From IMG/VR virus record IMGVR_UViG_3300030060_008003, positions 1-64,000 of that record: a stretch of 64,000 nt of DNA. One strand, given 5' to 3'. The position numbers and the translations under genes were made by a program. The DNA comes from a virus. The number at the start of each line of letters is the position of its first letter. Position 1 is the first letter of the stretch. Shown one piece after another: positions 1 to 9,605 of this stretch. Below the pieces are notes generated by a model. It was not told where the DNA came from. It did no database searches and worked only from the letters and a program-made list of their open reading frames with translations.

Positions 1-19
1 AAATATTCTTTAAATGTCC

Positions 20-1228
20 TCATGACCCGGGTTTATCTTTTTGAAAGTTAGCTGAACTAAAATCTAATCTATTAACCAGCTTAACAGCATTACCATCTCT
101 ATCAACTGCTACATATCCCTCCGGAGATGTTACTCTCAACACACCTTCACCCTCATCAATGAAGTGCTTTGTGTTATATACAGCATTATTATACTTGTTA
201 ATGAAGATTTGCTTAGCTTGTGACAATAAACTACTAACTTTAAACAAATTAACTATGTCATCCTTTTGAGATTCAAATTGAGCCGTCTTTTGCTTAAGTG
301 TCTCTTCTAATTTTTGTTTCCCGCGTACAGATTTTCTTTTATCTATTTCTTTTTTAATCCTAGTAGTATACCACTCAATAAAGTTCCTATATGATTCTTC
401 AGGATCATTTAAAAACTTACCTTCTCTAATTTCTGTATTGATATAAGGATTGAGAAGGTCGGAAGGTAGGTCTTTATAATCTATTTTAATTGAATCAGCA
501 GTCTTAATTAAGTCTCTAACCTGTTTTACTTCATCTTTTGTTAAATTTACAATGCCAGTATCGTCTTTAAAGAAAGCATCATCAAACCAAACACCAGGCA
601 CTTTATTCAACCGGTTAACCTTAGCACCAAATGATGCAGGGCTGTCTAATCCATCGTATTCAGTGTGGAATATAATACCAAACACAGAGTTAGCTATCTG
701 TTTACCTAAATCCGAGTCAGCTTCTACTGCATACTTAATTGTATTTGGTTGAAAGGTATAATGTACCTCCCCGTCGATGTTCTCTTTCTTAACTGATGAA
801 GAGTCAAACATGAAATCACCTTGCATTATGTTTTTAATACCTAATTTAGGTAAATGCTTAAGAGCTTTTTTAAGCTTATCTGCTAAACCAGGAGAATGTC
901 CATGATTTATTTCAATATCTTGCTCGTTATAGTTAATTTTAGGATCTCTATTAAAGATAGACTTGGTACCAACAAAGAATTTACCGTTATCAGGGTGTTT
1001 TCCAACAAAGATAGCAGGTGCGCCATCCCATTTTACTGTAGTACCGATCTTTCTTTTACTCTTTCCTTGTAAATGACCTAATAAATTAACTAAAAAGCCC
1101 TTAGCTTGATCATAACCACCCTTACCTTTAGTAAGAATTAGCTCTTCTAAGTGTGTGAGATGTGTATTAGCTTTACCTTCTTCAAGGAGCTCTAAATAAC
1201 TTTCGTAATATAGTTTAAATTTTTTCAT
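20..1228 (-). CDS. DUF6267-like protein with RNA-ligase/nucleotidyltransferase-like motifs, putative internal virion protein
   Basis: Motifs TVKWDGAP (KxDG), QGDFMF, PEGYV, AVKLV. Start reassigned to ATG 1228 (MKKFKLYYESYLELLEE), just after the upstream stop. Confidence 0.6.
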   Translation of the reverse strand: MKKFKLYYESYLELLEEGKANTHLTHLEELILTKGKGGYDQAKGFLVNLLGHLQGKSKRKIGTTVKWDGAPAIFVGKHPDNGKFFVGTKSIFNRDPKINYNEQDIEINHGHSPGLADKLKKALKHLPKLGIKNIMQGDFMFDSSSVKKENIDGEVHYTFQPNTIKYAVEADSDLGKQIANSVFGIIFHTEYDGLDSPASFGAKVNRLNKVPGVWFDDAFFKDDTGIVNLTKDEVKQVRDLIKTADSIKIDYKDLPSDLLNPYINTEIREGKFLNDPEESYRNFIEWYTTRIKKEIDKRKSVRGKQKLEETLKQKTAQFESQKDDIVNLFKVSSLLSQAKQIFINKYNNAVYNTKHFIDEGEGVLRVTSPEGYVAVDRDGNAVKLVNRLDFSSANFQKDKPGS

Positions 1229-1232
1229 TTTA

Positions 1233-2582
1233 TTATATTGTGACCTGGTAAGCTGCTTTAAAGGCTCCCGATGTATTACTACCCGGGTAGAATATGTATA
1301 TTCCATCCCCCTCCGGTAAAAACCTGACTTTCCCGCTATTAATAGCATCTAGAATATTTTTGTAATCTTTTACATTTATATAATTAGCTAAGCTAAAAGT
1401 ACCTTCTTCCATTCTTGCAGGTCTATCCGGGTTAGGCACGCCTTTAATTTCTCCCTGCTTATATCCTTTTTGAAATACCGTCAAGAGAATATCAAATCCC
1501 TTTTTCGAAGCTTCATACGAATCCGGATCCCCTGGATTACCATCTCTTCCATACTCATAAAGCATAAGTCCACCAAAGTGTTGGATTCGTGTTTTCGCAT
1601 CTTTGCGCTCTGTTTTGGCATCTTGCTCTAAAAACATTTTTAACTGCTCTGTATTTTGAAACGTCTTAGTAACTAAATCAAAATTATACTCCATATTAAA
1701 ATCATCTATAGATAGATCCGACTTATTAGCTAGGTACTCAAATTTATCACGATCCTTCTTAAACCCACCCTTTCTACTACTAATAATTCTAGCTTTACCT
1801 GTTTTTACCTCTACATTTAACCCGTTAGGTAATTTTAAGTCACCAACATCACCTTTAAAGGCCTCTGTAAACAAACTCATCGCTAATTCACCATCTCCAA
1901 CACCCACTGTCCCTTCTTGAAAAGACTTAGAAAATATTTCATTATATACTTGCGATCTATCTTCTTCATTTTCTAAAAATGCTAATTGAGGCTTCATAAC
2001 GTCATATAAATTTACCTCCCCAAATGGTTCTTCAGTTATTGCCTCTGTTAAAACTTTTTTATTTTCTATATCCGTACCTAATTTAGCTAACAACTTATCA
2101 TCTAGGTCATACCGCTGTAATACCATCTTTACAAAGTTATATGTTTGCTCGTTATCAAACCCGGATTTTTTGACTAAGTCTCTTATGGCTGTAGCTGCTT
2201 CATTTGTTAATAACTCCCCTTGGTGAGTGTCTGCAATATAACCTATTCCTTTAGTTATTTTTTCAAAGCATTTCCGAGCTTCATCTTCGTTCTCTATTTC
2301 TCTACACTTCCTAAATGCAGCCTTAAGCTTTTCCGCTCCATCCCTTTCAGTAAATTCACCCTCTGCATCTAGCTCATCAATATCCTCTTCACTATTAATT
2401 TGCTTACCAATAAACGATAAATTAGCTCGTATAGGCTGCTCCCCACTAAGCTGTTTTCTTACACGTGCAAAGCCCGGCGCATCTCCTAAATTAAACTTTT
2501 CACCCAACACATGAAGGTGTCTACGCGGTGGAATCTTACCACGTACCTGCTTTTTATAAATGTCTTCTAATGACCACTGCAT
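1233..2582 (-). CDS. hypothetical protein with PD-(D/E)xK-like motif, putative internal virion protein
   Basis: 449 aa; VGDGELA...GDLKLPNGLNVEVKTG; part of late operon starting at 3350. Confidence 0.45.
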   Translation of the reverse strand: MQWSLEDIYKKQVRGKIPPRRHLHVLGEKFNLGDAPGFARVRKQLSGEQPIRANLSFIGKQINSEEDIDELDAEGEFTERDGAEKLKAAFRKCREIENEDEARKCFEKITKGIGYIADTHQGELLTNEAATAIRDLVKKSGFDNEQTYNFVKMVLQRYDLDDKLLAKLGTDIENKKVLTEAITEEPFGEVNLYDVMKPQLAFLENEEDRSQVYNEIFSKSFQEGTVGVGDGELAMSLFTEAFKGDVGDLKLPNGLNVEVKTGKARIISSRKGGFKKDRDKFEYLANKSDLSIDDFNMEYNFDLVTKTFQNTEQLKMFLEQDAKTERKDAKTRIQHFGGLMLYEYGRDGNPGDPDSYEASKKGFDILLTVFQKGYKQGEIKGVPNPDRPARMEEGTFSLANYINVKDYKNILDAINSGKVRFLPEGDGIYIFYPGSNTSGAFKAAYQVTI

Positions 2583-2583
2583 G

Positions 2584-2931
2584 TTATTGTGCGTCTAAGT
2601 CTTCAAGTTCTTGTTCAACCTCTTCATTTGAAAATTCGATCAATCTTTCAATCGTTTCAATGACCTTTCTAGGCTGTGTCCTACCAAATTCTTTATTCAC
2701 CTGTGCAGCAATGTTAATATCTTGCATAGCTGGTGCATATATAAAGGCATTAGTTAACAGATCAGCGACATATACCTCACCTTCAGGTGAAATACCAGTA
2801 GGCTCTGGGGGAATGTCCTCTGCATCAGTAGCATCAGCTTCAACATCAACGTCAACATCGACTTCTTCGATTTCGTCCTGCTCTGAATAAAGCTTTTTAT
2901 ACTGTTCAAATAATTGTAACGTCTTTTTCAT
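2584..2931 (-). CDS. acidic hypothetical protein (prohead core/internal protein-like)
   Basis: 115 aa, very acidic; N-terminus MKKTLQLFEQYKKLYSE resembles a propeptide. Confidence 0.45.
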   Translation of the reverse strand: MKKTLQLFEQYKKLYSEQDEIEEVDVDVDVEADATDAEDIPPEPTGISPEGEVYVADLLTNAFIYAPAMQDINIAAQVNKEFGRTQPRKVIETIERLIEFSNEEVEQELEDLDAQ

Positions 2932-2936
2932 GATTT

Positions 2937-3350
2937 TTATACTTTTGCGTCGTCTATTGCGTTAGATAACTTACCAGTTTGTTGTTTATATAGTTCTACA
3001 GCCTTTTTTGCAAGGTCAGATCTCATTTTTACAGCCTTTTTAGCTTCTTGCGGTGCTGTTCCCATTGCTCCTGCAATCTTACCCATTACACCACCCTTAG
3101 CTTGATTAGCTAACTTATTAACTTCCTTATCAACATCGTATGGATTTTTATTTCCCATGGTAACTTCTTGATCTTCTACCGGAATATCAGGGGCATACTC
3201 TCGCTTAAAGCTATCAAAAATATCGAAAGGGCTACTCACACCAAACATATCAAAAGAATCGACTATTTCACCGTTTACGTCTCTTAACTCCACAGTATAT
3301 TTATCTTCACCTGGTCGATTCTCTTCTACCAGTCTTAGAAACTTACTCAT
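2937..3350 (-). CDS. hypothetical late protein (internal head protein-like)
   Basis: MSKFLRLVEE N-terminus; TAAATA 5 nt upstream. Confidence 0.5.
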   Translation of the reverse strand: MSKFLRLVEENRPGEDKYTVELRDVNGEIVDSFDMFGVSSPFDIFDSFKREYAPDIPVEDQEVTMGNKNPYDVDKEVNKLANQAKGGVMGKIAGAMGTAPQEAKKAVKMRSDLAKKAVELYKQQTGKLSNAIDDAKV

Positions 3351-3358
3351 GTATATAT

Positions 3359-3853
3359 TTATGGAAGTAGTGAGAGTTTTATATTTATATTAGATAGAAA
3401 CTCACTTTCAATTTGCTGTAATTCGTATCGTCGAAGGAAAAGTCTAAACTTATAGAAAGAAACAGCTGATGTATCTTTCTTTTTAAACGAAATGTAGTCT
3501 CTTTCTTCTAAAAACGTATCAAAGCTATCTTCACTGTATGATATATTAGTAGGTAGTGCATTAAAAATACGCTTAACAAGTGTATGTTCAATTGTTTTAC
3601 CATCTGTCTTGTAGTAAAACCACTTCTTATTACTTGTTTTTGAACATACTCTTATAAGCTCTTTAATAATGAAGTGTATACCAAGCTTATTCTTTTCTTT
3701 TCGAGTTAATTTTAGCTCATGCTCGGTAATATAAAGAATATATTCATTGAAAGACTTATTAAGACATTTATTAAGGTTAATAAACTCAAAACCACGTACA
3801 GTATCATTTACGCCTTCCGATTCTGACGTTGATAATTCCATTGTAGTAGTCAT
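3359..3853 (-). CDS. hypothetical protein
   Basis: 164 aa ORF filling the gap; start uncertain (3841 possible). Confidence 0.55.
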   Translation of the reverse strand: MTTTMELSTSESEGVNDTVRGFEFINLNKCLNKSFNEYILYITEHELKLTRKEKNKLGIHFIIKELIRVCSKTSNKKWFYYKTDGKTIEHTLVKRIFNALPTNISYSEDSFDTFLEERDYISFKKKDTSAVSFYKFRLFLRRYELQQIESEFLSNINIKLSLLP

Positions 3854-4202
3854 CTCTTAGTAATACCTCTTCTTCAAATTGTAATCTAGTTTCATGATAA
3901 CTCAACTCCCACTTGGAGTCACACCATCTGAGGATTTCAAACTTAAAATTACCCTTTCCGAGTATTCTTATATGTTCGTTGAGTTCGTTTGATGAAGAAG
4001 TATAGGTCTTCCAGTCAGTTTCTATTTTTTCGTGTCGTTTATTCTTTCTACCCTTTAAAGGAGGACGCTTTCTTATTGACTGGCACTGTTTTTTACCAAT
4101 ATACTTCTTATCATTAGTAAGATTTGTTATCTTATAAATGAAACCATAAGGTAAATCTACATTTTCTTCAAGAATTCCTTCCCAGTGACCTAAATCTTTC
4201 AT
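3804..4202 (-). CDS. short GIY-YIG (Seg-like) endonuclease-domain protein
   Basis: YGFIYKITNLTNDKKYIGKK...YYN; ATG 4202 overlaps the upstream stop (ATGA). Confidence 0.8.
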   Translation of the reverse strand: MKDLGHWEGILEENVDLPYGFIYKITNLTNDKKYIGKKQCQSIRKRPPLKGRKNKRHEKIETDWKTYTSSSNELNEHIRILGKGNFKFEILRWCDSKWELSYHETRLQFEEEVLLRDDYYNGIINVRIGRRK

Positions 4203-4978
4203 AAATGATATCGCATAATACACTCTTGCGTAGGGTCATTAAATTTAGTATTAAAATGCATATATTCTAATGGTATATCTCTTGGCGATATAGATTGTTT
4301 TTTATTTGTAGCTAAAATAAACCCATCACCGAAAGCCCATCCAGGTGCCGGCTGAGGTACATCAAACACCACGTGGCCATTATTTTCTAATTCACTCAAC
4401 ACCCTTAAATGTTTGTCACCCCCATGTGTAGAAATAAAATAATAACCAATTTTATCATATAAATCTTCATCAATAATTTCCGTAATTAACTCTTCTTCCC
4501 CGCCCTGAATATCAATATGCAAAAAATTTAAATAATCTAACTTATTTTCTGTAAAAAGCTCACGCATTGTAATTTTCTTCGTGCTAATATTGTCTTCTGG
4601 AATTGTCTCATCTTCATGAGCCTCTTTATCGAACGCGCCTGTGTACCCGTGATATACTTTTACATTTTCACCTTTAAATCTATCCTCTAAGTCTTGAACT
4701 CTATGTAACATAGCATCAGTACACACATTAAAGCTTTTTTTGTTAAACAAAGAAACTACCTTACGAAAAATATGCGTATACTCACCGTCATCAGCACCCA
4801 ATTCAATCATACTAACAGTGCTATTTTTAGCGCACTCCTGTTCTATAAGATAAGAAAGCAACCTTACCTGAAGTACCTCGAATGCTTGAGTTAAATAATT
4901 AATGCCTCTCTGTTTACATTCTTCTTGAGTTAAAGCACCTGCGAAACTATTGTTGAGATATTTATCTACGACCGCCAT
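4199..4978 (-). CDS. FkbM-family SAM-dependent methyltransferase
   Basis: MIELGADDG SAM loop, LHIDIQGGE, FISTH; TAAATA 6 nt upstream. Confidence 0.7.
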   Translation of the reverse strand: MAVVDKYLNNSFAGALTQEECKQRGINYLTQAFEVLQVRLLSYLIEQECAKNSTVSMIELGADDGEYTHIFRKVVSLFNKKSFNVCTDAMLHRVQDLEDRFKGENVKVYHGYTGAFDKEAHEDETIPEDNISTKKITMRELFTENKLDYLNFLHIDIQGGEEELITEIIDEDLYDKIGYYFISTHGGDKHLRVLSELENNGHVVFDVPQPAPGWAFGDGFILATNKKQSISPRDIPLEYMHFNTKFNDPTQECIMRYHL

Positions 4979-4984
4979 ATGGCG

Positions 4985-4990
4985 TATTTA
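4985..4990 (-). promoter_or_regulatory. late promoter core (FkbM methyltransferase)
   Basis: TAAATA-6nt-ATG. Confidence 0.6.
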
Positions 4991-4991
4991 T

Positions 4992-5426
4992 CTACCATTT
5001 CTTACAACTCCAATAACCAGCAGAAAATTTATCCTTCTTTTGATCACACTTATGGCGCGCCCGGAACGACTTTCTACGTTTAGGATTGCTCTTTTTGATC
5101 TTCATATTTGGATCTCCAAAACGAACAATCTTTTCTTTACCATCTTTACAAGCTTTAACAACGAACTTCTTAGAACCACCTGATGTACGGCGAGGACTGT
5201 TACACTTCATACGATCCTTATCGACTTTCTCAGCGTCTTCAGCAGGAATCTCCTCATCATCCGGATCATTAGGGTTATTGTAAGTAGGATCAGACCTATA
5301 TTTTGGACCTCCACGGCCATCTGAATCAGCATCGCCTTTTCTCAACTGACCGGCAGAGTTATAATGCTTACCCTTTGGTGCTTCTTTAGCTTCTAAGATT
5401 TGCTTTACTAATTCGTCGAATTGCAT
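4992..5426 (-). CDS. small basic Cys-containing protein (DUF6321-like C-terminal module)
   Basis: KIVRFGDPNMKIKKSNPKRRKSFRARHKC...AGYWSCKKW; late promoter; MQFDELVKQILE N-terminus. Confidence 0.6.
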   Translation of the reverse strand: MQFDELVKQILEAKEAPKGKHYNSAGQLRKGDADSDGRGGPKYRSDPTYNNPNDPDDEEIPAEDAEKVDKDRMKCNSPRRTSGGSKKFVVKACKDGKEKIVRFGDPNMKIKKSNPKRRKSFRARHKCDQKKDKFSAGYWSCKKW

Positions 5427-5431
5427 AATAA

Positions 5432-5439
5432 TATTTATA
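5432..5439 (-). promoter_or_regulatory. T4-type late promoter
   Basis: Perfect TATAAATA-5nt-ATG. Confidence 0.75.
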
Positions 5440-5871
5440 CTAACAATGATAATTTAAATAGCGTTGTAGTGCTTTCGCGTAATGAGTACCTTTATCCTTC
5501 AACTTACTCTTCGCACCTCTCACCTTACTACAAGACAATTTACCTAATCTCTTTTTTAAGATACCAGGCTTAACAGGCTTATGCACATCTTCAGCGTTTT
5601 CACTCTTTTTCTTTTTTTTCTTCCAGTTAACACGCTTAGGTCCTTTTTTCTTATACATCTTACCCTTAATACTCTTACAAGCCGCTTTAGTTGGTCGACA
5701 AGCCGGGTAACTACCACCGGATTTTTTAGATTTACGACCACATGGGCCACCAGTCTTGCAATTTACCCACCCTTTAAACTTCTTACCAGTCTTAGGATCA
5801 GTTCCACCTCTCTTAAACCACTGTCGCAAAGAGTCACTAGCTTCAAGAACCTCTTTTTGTGACATGCTCAT
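5440..5871 (-). CDS. small Lys/Cys-rich protein with two basic modules
   Basis: LRQWFK...WVNCKTGGPCGRK...YPACRP, then an ENAE linker and a second module. Confidence 0.6.
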   Translation of the reverse strand: MSMSQKEVLEASDSLRQWFKRGGTDPKTGKKFKGWVNCKTGGPCGRKSKKSGGSYPACRPTKAACKSIKGKMYKKKGPKRVNWKKKKKKSENAEDVHKPVKPGILKKRLGKLSCSKVRGAKSKLKDKGTHYAKALQRYLNYHC

Positions 5872-6254
5872 TTCTTTTTCCAGATTTTTCCCTGTCTACA
5901 CCTTACGATTGCTCCAGATTTGTAAGCAGAAGTCTTTTTACCATAAGCGGAATCAGCCCTACGCTTACATCTATCAGCTTTCTTTTTCTTTTCTGCATCT
6001 TCCTCAGGAAACCCCTCTTCGTTCTCCTCTTTTCTTTTCTTTTTCTTCTTCTTACCTGCTGTACCTTTACGTGTTTGGACTGCTCCAAGAGCCTTGGGTA
6101 ATCTAGCATCACCTGGAGCATAAGTATCACCAGAACTTATATCTCCGGGTGGATTGTATGAAGATCCGCTACCAAGTGCACCTCCAGCACCAGCTGTCAT
6201 CTCTTCTTTTAGCATTCTTAAAAAGATACGTTCAAATTTGCCACTTGATTCCAT
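5868..6254 (-). CDS. small Lys-rich protein (DUF5872-like SAYKSG module)
   Basis: DRCKRRADSAYGKKTSAYKSGAIVRCR after EDAE; late promoter. Confidence 0.55.
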   Translation of the reverse strand: MESSGKFERIFLRMLKEEMTAGAGGALGSGSSYNPPGDISSGDTYAPGDARLPKALGAVQTRKGTAGKKKKKKRKEENEEGFPEEDAEKKKKADRCKRRADSAYGKKTSAYKSGAIVRCRQGKIWKKK

Positions 6255-6272
6255 TATAATTATATTTATAAT
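6245..6272 (+). promoter_or_regulatory. sigma70-like promoter (uvsY)
   Basis: TTGATT-N16-TATAAT-6nt-GTG. Confidence 0.7.
6263..6270 (-). promoter_or_regulatory. T4-type late promoter
   Basis: Perfect TATAAATA-8nt-ATG, overlapping the uvsY promoter. Confidence 0.75.
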
Positions 6273-6278
6273 AATAGA

Positions 6279-6674
6279 GTGGAATTGCTAAAAAAGTATA
6301 TGCAAGAAATTGGTGAAGATCTTGTACTAAACGATCTCAACCTTAAACAACAACAGCAAAGACTCCCAGCTCGTAAGCATTTTTGGGTTGGTAGACTTGT
6401 AGAAGCAAAGATTAAACGCAATAAACTGATTGCTCAGAAGAGTAAGCTTAAAAAGGACCTAGTTAAGAAGGTAATTGCTGATTCTCCTGTACGTATTAAT
6501 CAAGCTTCAGCAGAATCAGCTGCTGAAAGGTATGAATCTGTCGCAAAACTTAACGATAACATAAAAGAACAAGATACTATTATAGAATATCTTGAAAAGG
6601 TCGAAAAAATTCTTAGTAATATGCATTGGGAGATCAAAAATGTTATCGATATGAATAAAATGGAGCAATATTAA
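6279..6674 (+). CDS. uvsY: UvsY-like recombination mediator
   Basis: 131 aa, helical; IEYLEKVEKILSNMHWEIKNVID C-terminus; directly upstream of uvsW. Confidence 0.75.
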   Translation: MELLKKYMQEIGEDLVLNDLNLKQQQQRLPARKHFWVGRLVEAKIKRNKLIAQKSKLKKDLVKKVIADSPVRINQASAESAAERYESVAKLNDNIKEQDTIIEYLEKVEKILSNMHWEIKNVIDMNKMEQY

Positions 6675-8095
6675 TGATAACTTTTGATTATAACCCCTCT
6701 ACACGTAAGATGTTACTAAAAACAGAGGATCTAGATCTGTTTAACCGTGTAAGACATCATTTTAGTATTATAAATGATGCAGCGCGCTTTGGTAGACGGT
6801 ATGGTCGATATGCACCTCAAAGAAAGTATGCTATAACTCCTGCTGGTGCATGTGAAGTTGGTTTATATTGGGAGATCAAGAAGTTTTTAACTAAAGAAGA
6901 TACAGAAACTACCGATAAACTACAAAAAGTGTTAAAGGTAGGTAAAGATATAGAGCTTTATAAAGACTTTGCATTTGATTTAAGGGAATATCAAGAAGAT
7001 GTTATTAAAAAAGCCCTTAAACTCGGCACCGGTACTTGTGTTTTGGGTACTGGCGCCGGTAAAACCTTTACAACAGCAGCGTTAATTGAAAATTACTTTA
7101 GAGATAGTAAGGATAAAGATACATTTAAGTGTGTTGTATTAGTTCCAGACTTAGGACTAGTTACTCAAACGTATGATGAGTTCTTAAACTGTGGTACTAC
7201 CTTTAAAATAACTAAATGGACGGGTAAAATTAAGCCAGACCTAACTGCAAACGTTATTATTTGTAATATAGGTATTGTTCAGAGTAGGTTTGAACAAAAT
7301 GACTGGTTAAAGCACATTGATCTACTTATAGTTGATGAGTGTCATAAGATAAAATCGTCTAATAAGATTAGTAAGATAGTATCTAGAATAAGAACACCTA
7401 ATAAGTATGGCTTTACTGGTACTCTCCCGGAGAACAACTTAGATAAGTGGTCAATTATAGGTAAATTAGGACCAGTTATATACGAAAAGACGAGTTATGA
7501 ACTTAGAATAGAAGATTACCTCGCTAATGTTAACGTTAAGATCTTAAATTTAGATTATCGTATACCACCGCCATATAATAGTGATAATTACTACAGAGAA
7601 GAGCTAGATTACATATATGAAAGTCATTTTAGAAACGATTTTATTACTAAATTATGTTCTAAACTCGAAAATAACACCCTAATACTTGTTAATCATATTT
7701 CTCACGGGGTAAATCTATCCGAATACCTCACTCAATGTAAAGATAAGCAAATTTACTTTATTAGAGGTGAAGTTGAAGTAGAAACACGTGAGGATATAAA
7801 GAGGATAATGGAGAAAGATAATGACGTTATATGTGTAGCAATGAGTTCTATTTTTTCCACCGGGGTTAATATTAAGAATATACATAATATTATTTTTGCC
7901 TCTGGTGGTAAGTCATTTGTACGTACAGTACAATCCATTGGCCGTGGTTTGAGAAAGCACAACTTAAAATCTAAGCTTATTATATTTGATCTCTGCGATA
8001 GGCTAAGATATGGTATTAGACACTGTGAAAAGCGTAAAGAAATTTACGACATAGAGAAGATAAAGTATAGTGAAACTAATATTGTTGAAAAATAA
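6674..8095 (+). CDS. uvsW: UvsW SF2 DNA helicase
   Basis: LREYQ, GTGAGKT, DECH, GFTGT, FSTGVN, QSIGRGLR. Confidence 0.93.
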   Translation: MITFDYNPSTRKMLLKTEDLDLFNRVRHHFSIINDAARFGRRYGRYAPQRKYAITPAGACEVGLYWEIKKFLTKEDTETTDKLQKVLKVGKDIELYKDFAFDLREYQEDVIKKALKLGTGTCVLGTGAGKTFTTAALIENYFRDSKDKDTFKCVVLVPDLGLVTQTYDEFLNCGTTFKITKWTGKIKPDLTANVIICNIGIVQSRFEQNDWLKHIDLLIVDECHKIKSSNKISKIVSRIRTPNKYGFTGTLPENNLDKWSIIGKLGPVIYEKTSYELRIEDYLANVNVKILNLDYRIPPPYNSDNYYREELDYIYESHFRNDFITKLCSKLENNTLILVNHISHGVNLSEYLTQCKDKQIYFIRGEVEVETREDIKRIMEKDNDVICVAMSSIFSTGVNIKNIHNIIFASGGKSFVRTVQSIGRGLRKHNLKSKLIIFDLCDRLRYGIRHCEKRKEIYDIEKIKYSETNIVEK

Positions 8096-8112
8096 AATTT
8101 TTATACTATAAT
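8085..8112 (+). promoter_or_regulatory. sigma70-like promoter (55)
   Basis: TTGAAA-N16-TATAAT-7nt-ATG. Confidence 0.7.
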
Positions 8113-8119
8113 TTAACAG

Positions 8120-8566
8120 ATGGCCGAAAAAAAGAAAAAAGAAAAAAAACCATATTATATAGAGCCAAAGGTCTTTAAAGAATCACTACAAAAGTACTAC
8201 GATACAGATATTCTTACAGATGATTTGGCGGAAAACATTAAAAAAATAGCATACGGTTTAAGCTATAACGCATCTTTCATCAATTATACGTATAAAGACG
8301 ATATGATTGGTGATGCACTTATTAAAATGTATTCAGCATTAAAACATAAAAAGTTTAACTTTGAAAAAGCTACTAATCCTTTCTCATATTTTACTACTAT
8401 TGCATATCATGCATTTATTAATAGAATAAAAAAGGAAAAGAAACATCATGAAGCCGTTACAAAATATAGAGAGCGTGTATACGAAGATTATATGTCTAAT
8501 CCGGACAATACTCACGGACACGTGTATGTAAAACCACCCGACGAGGAAAATTCTTTTGAAGATTAA
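8120..8566 (+). CDS. 55: gp55 late-transcription sigma factor
   Basis: FINYTYKDDMIGDA, NPFSYFTTIAYHAFINRIKKEKK; synteny with 47/46. Confidence 0.9.
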   Translation: MAEKKKKEKKPYYIEPKVFKESLQKYYDTDILTDDLAENIKKIAYGLSYNASFINYTYKDDMIGDALIKMYSALKHKKFNFEKATNPFSYFTTIAYHAFINRIKKEKKHHEAVTKYRERVYEDYMSNPDNTHGHVYVKPPDEENSFED

Positions 8567-9605
8567 TAAGCCTAGAGTTGCTATTTTTTCAGATCTTCAC
8601 CTCGGCGTTCATACAAACAGTTCAGACTGGCATAATTATGCTGTAGAATGGGCTCATTGGTTTAAAGACGAGTGTAAGCGAAAAAATATCAAAGATATAA
8701 TCTTCTGCGGTGATTGGCACCATAACAGAAGTGAGATATCGGTTAATACGCTGCAAGTATCTGCAGATATACTAGATATATTATGTGACTTTAATATTAT
8801 AGCGATTACAGGTAACCATGATATCTACTATAAGCATAGAACTGATGTTAACTCGTTGTCCATTTTTAAGAAAAGACAAAATGTTACAATTTTAGATACT
8901 TTTGATACGATTGAAGCTTTTGATCGTACTATTACCCTTTGTCCTTGGAACACAAAAGTAAAAGACATACCAGAAAGTGATGTTATCTTCGGTCATTTTG
9001 AGATAGAAACTTTCAAGATGAACTCTTACAAAGTTTGTGAAGAAGGATTAAAGGTTAAAGATTTATTAAAGAAGAGTTCGTTAGTTATATCTGGTCACTT
9101 TCATACTAGACATGAAAAGAAGTTTGGTAAAGGAACAATACTGTATGTTGGTAACCCCTTTCAAATGGATTTTGGTGATGCTGGTAATGATAAAGGTTAT
9201 TATGTGTTAGATTTAGATACTTTAGAATATGAATTTACTCCTAATACTATTTCACCGTCTTATAAAAAGATAGCACTTAGTGAGTTAGTAAGAGAGGGTA
9301 ATATTACACATGAGGTAATAAACAATTTTGCCGGTAATATTACAAAGCTAAAAGTTGATATGAATATATCGCAAGCAGATATGGATATATTGATTAAAAA
9401 ATTAACGTTACTAAAACCCGAAGTGTTGACGGTAGATTATGATATAAACTTTAACAGACTTTTAGACGATACTGAAGATAAGGAAGATCTCTCAGGTATT
9501 GATATACCTCAAGCTATTGAAGAGTTTGTAAACTTGCTTGAAATTAAGAATAAAAAGGAGATAATAAAATACACTCTTGGCTTATATGAAAAAAGTAAAC
9601 TTTAA
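8556..9605 (+). CDS. 47: gp47 recombination endonuclease (Mre11/SbcD-like)
   Basis: SDLHLG, GDWHH, GNHD, GHFE, SGHFH. Confidence 0.92.
   Translation: MKINKPRVAIFSDLHLGVHTNSSDWHNYAVEWAHWFKDECKRKNIKDIIFCGDWHHNRSEISVNTLQVSADILDILCDFNIIAITGNHDIYYKHRTDVNSLSIFKKRQNVTILDTFDTIEAFDRTITLCPWNTKVKDIPESDVIFGHFEIETFKMNSYKVCEEGLKVKDLLKKSSLVISGHFHTRHEKKFGKGTILYVGNPFQMDFGDAGNDKGYYVLDLDTLEYEFTPNTISPSYKKIALSELVREGNITHEVINNFAGNITKLKVDMNISQADMDILIKKLTLLKPEVLTVDYDINFNRLLDDTEDKEDLSGIDIPQAIEEFVNLLEIKNKKEIIKYTLGLYEKSKL

Noticed and set aside
3804-4202. Intron-encoded homing endonuclease
   Set aside because: Free-standing, short, coupled to its neighbours; no interrupted gene or intron core seen
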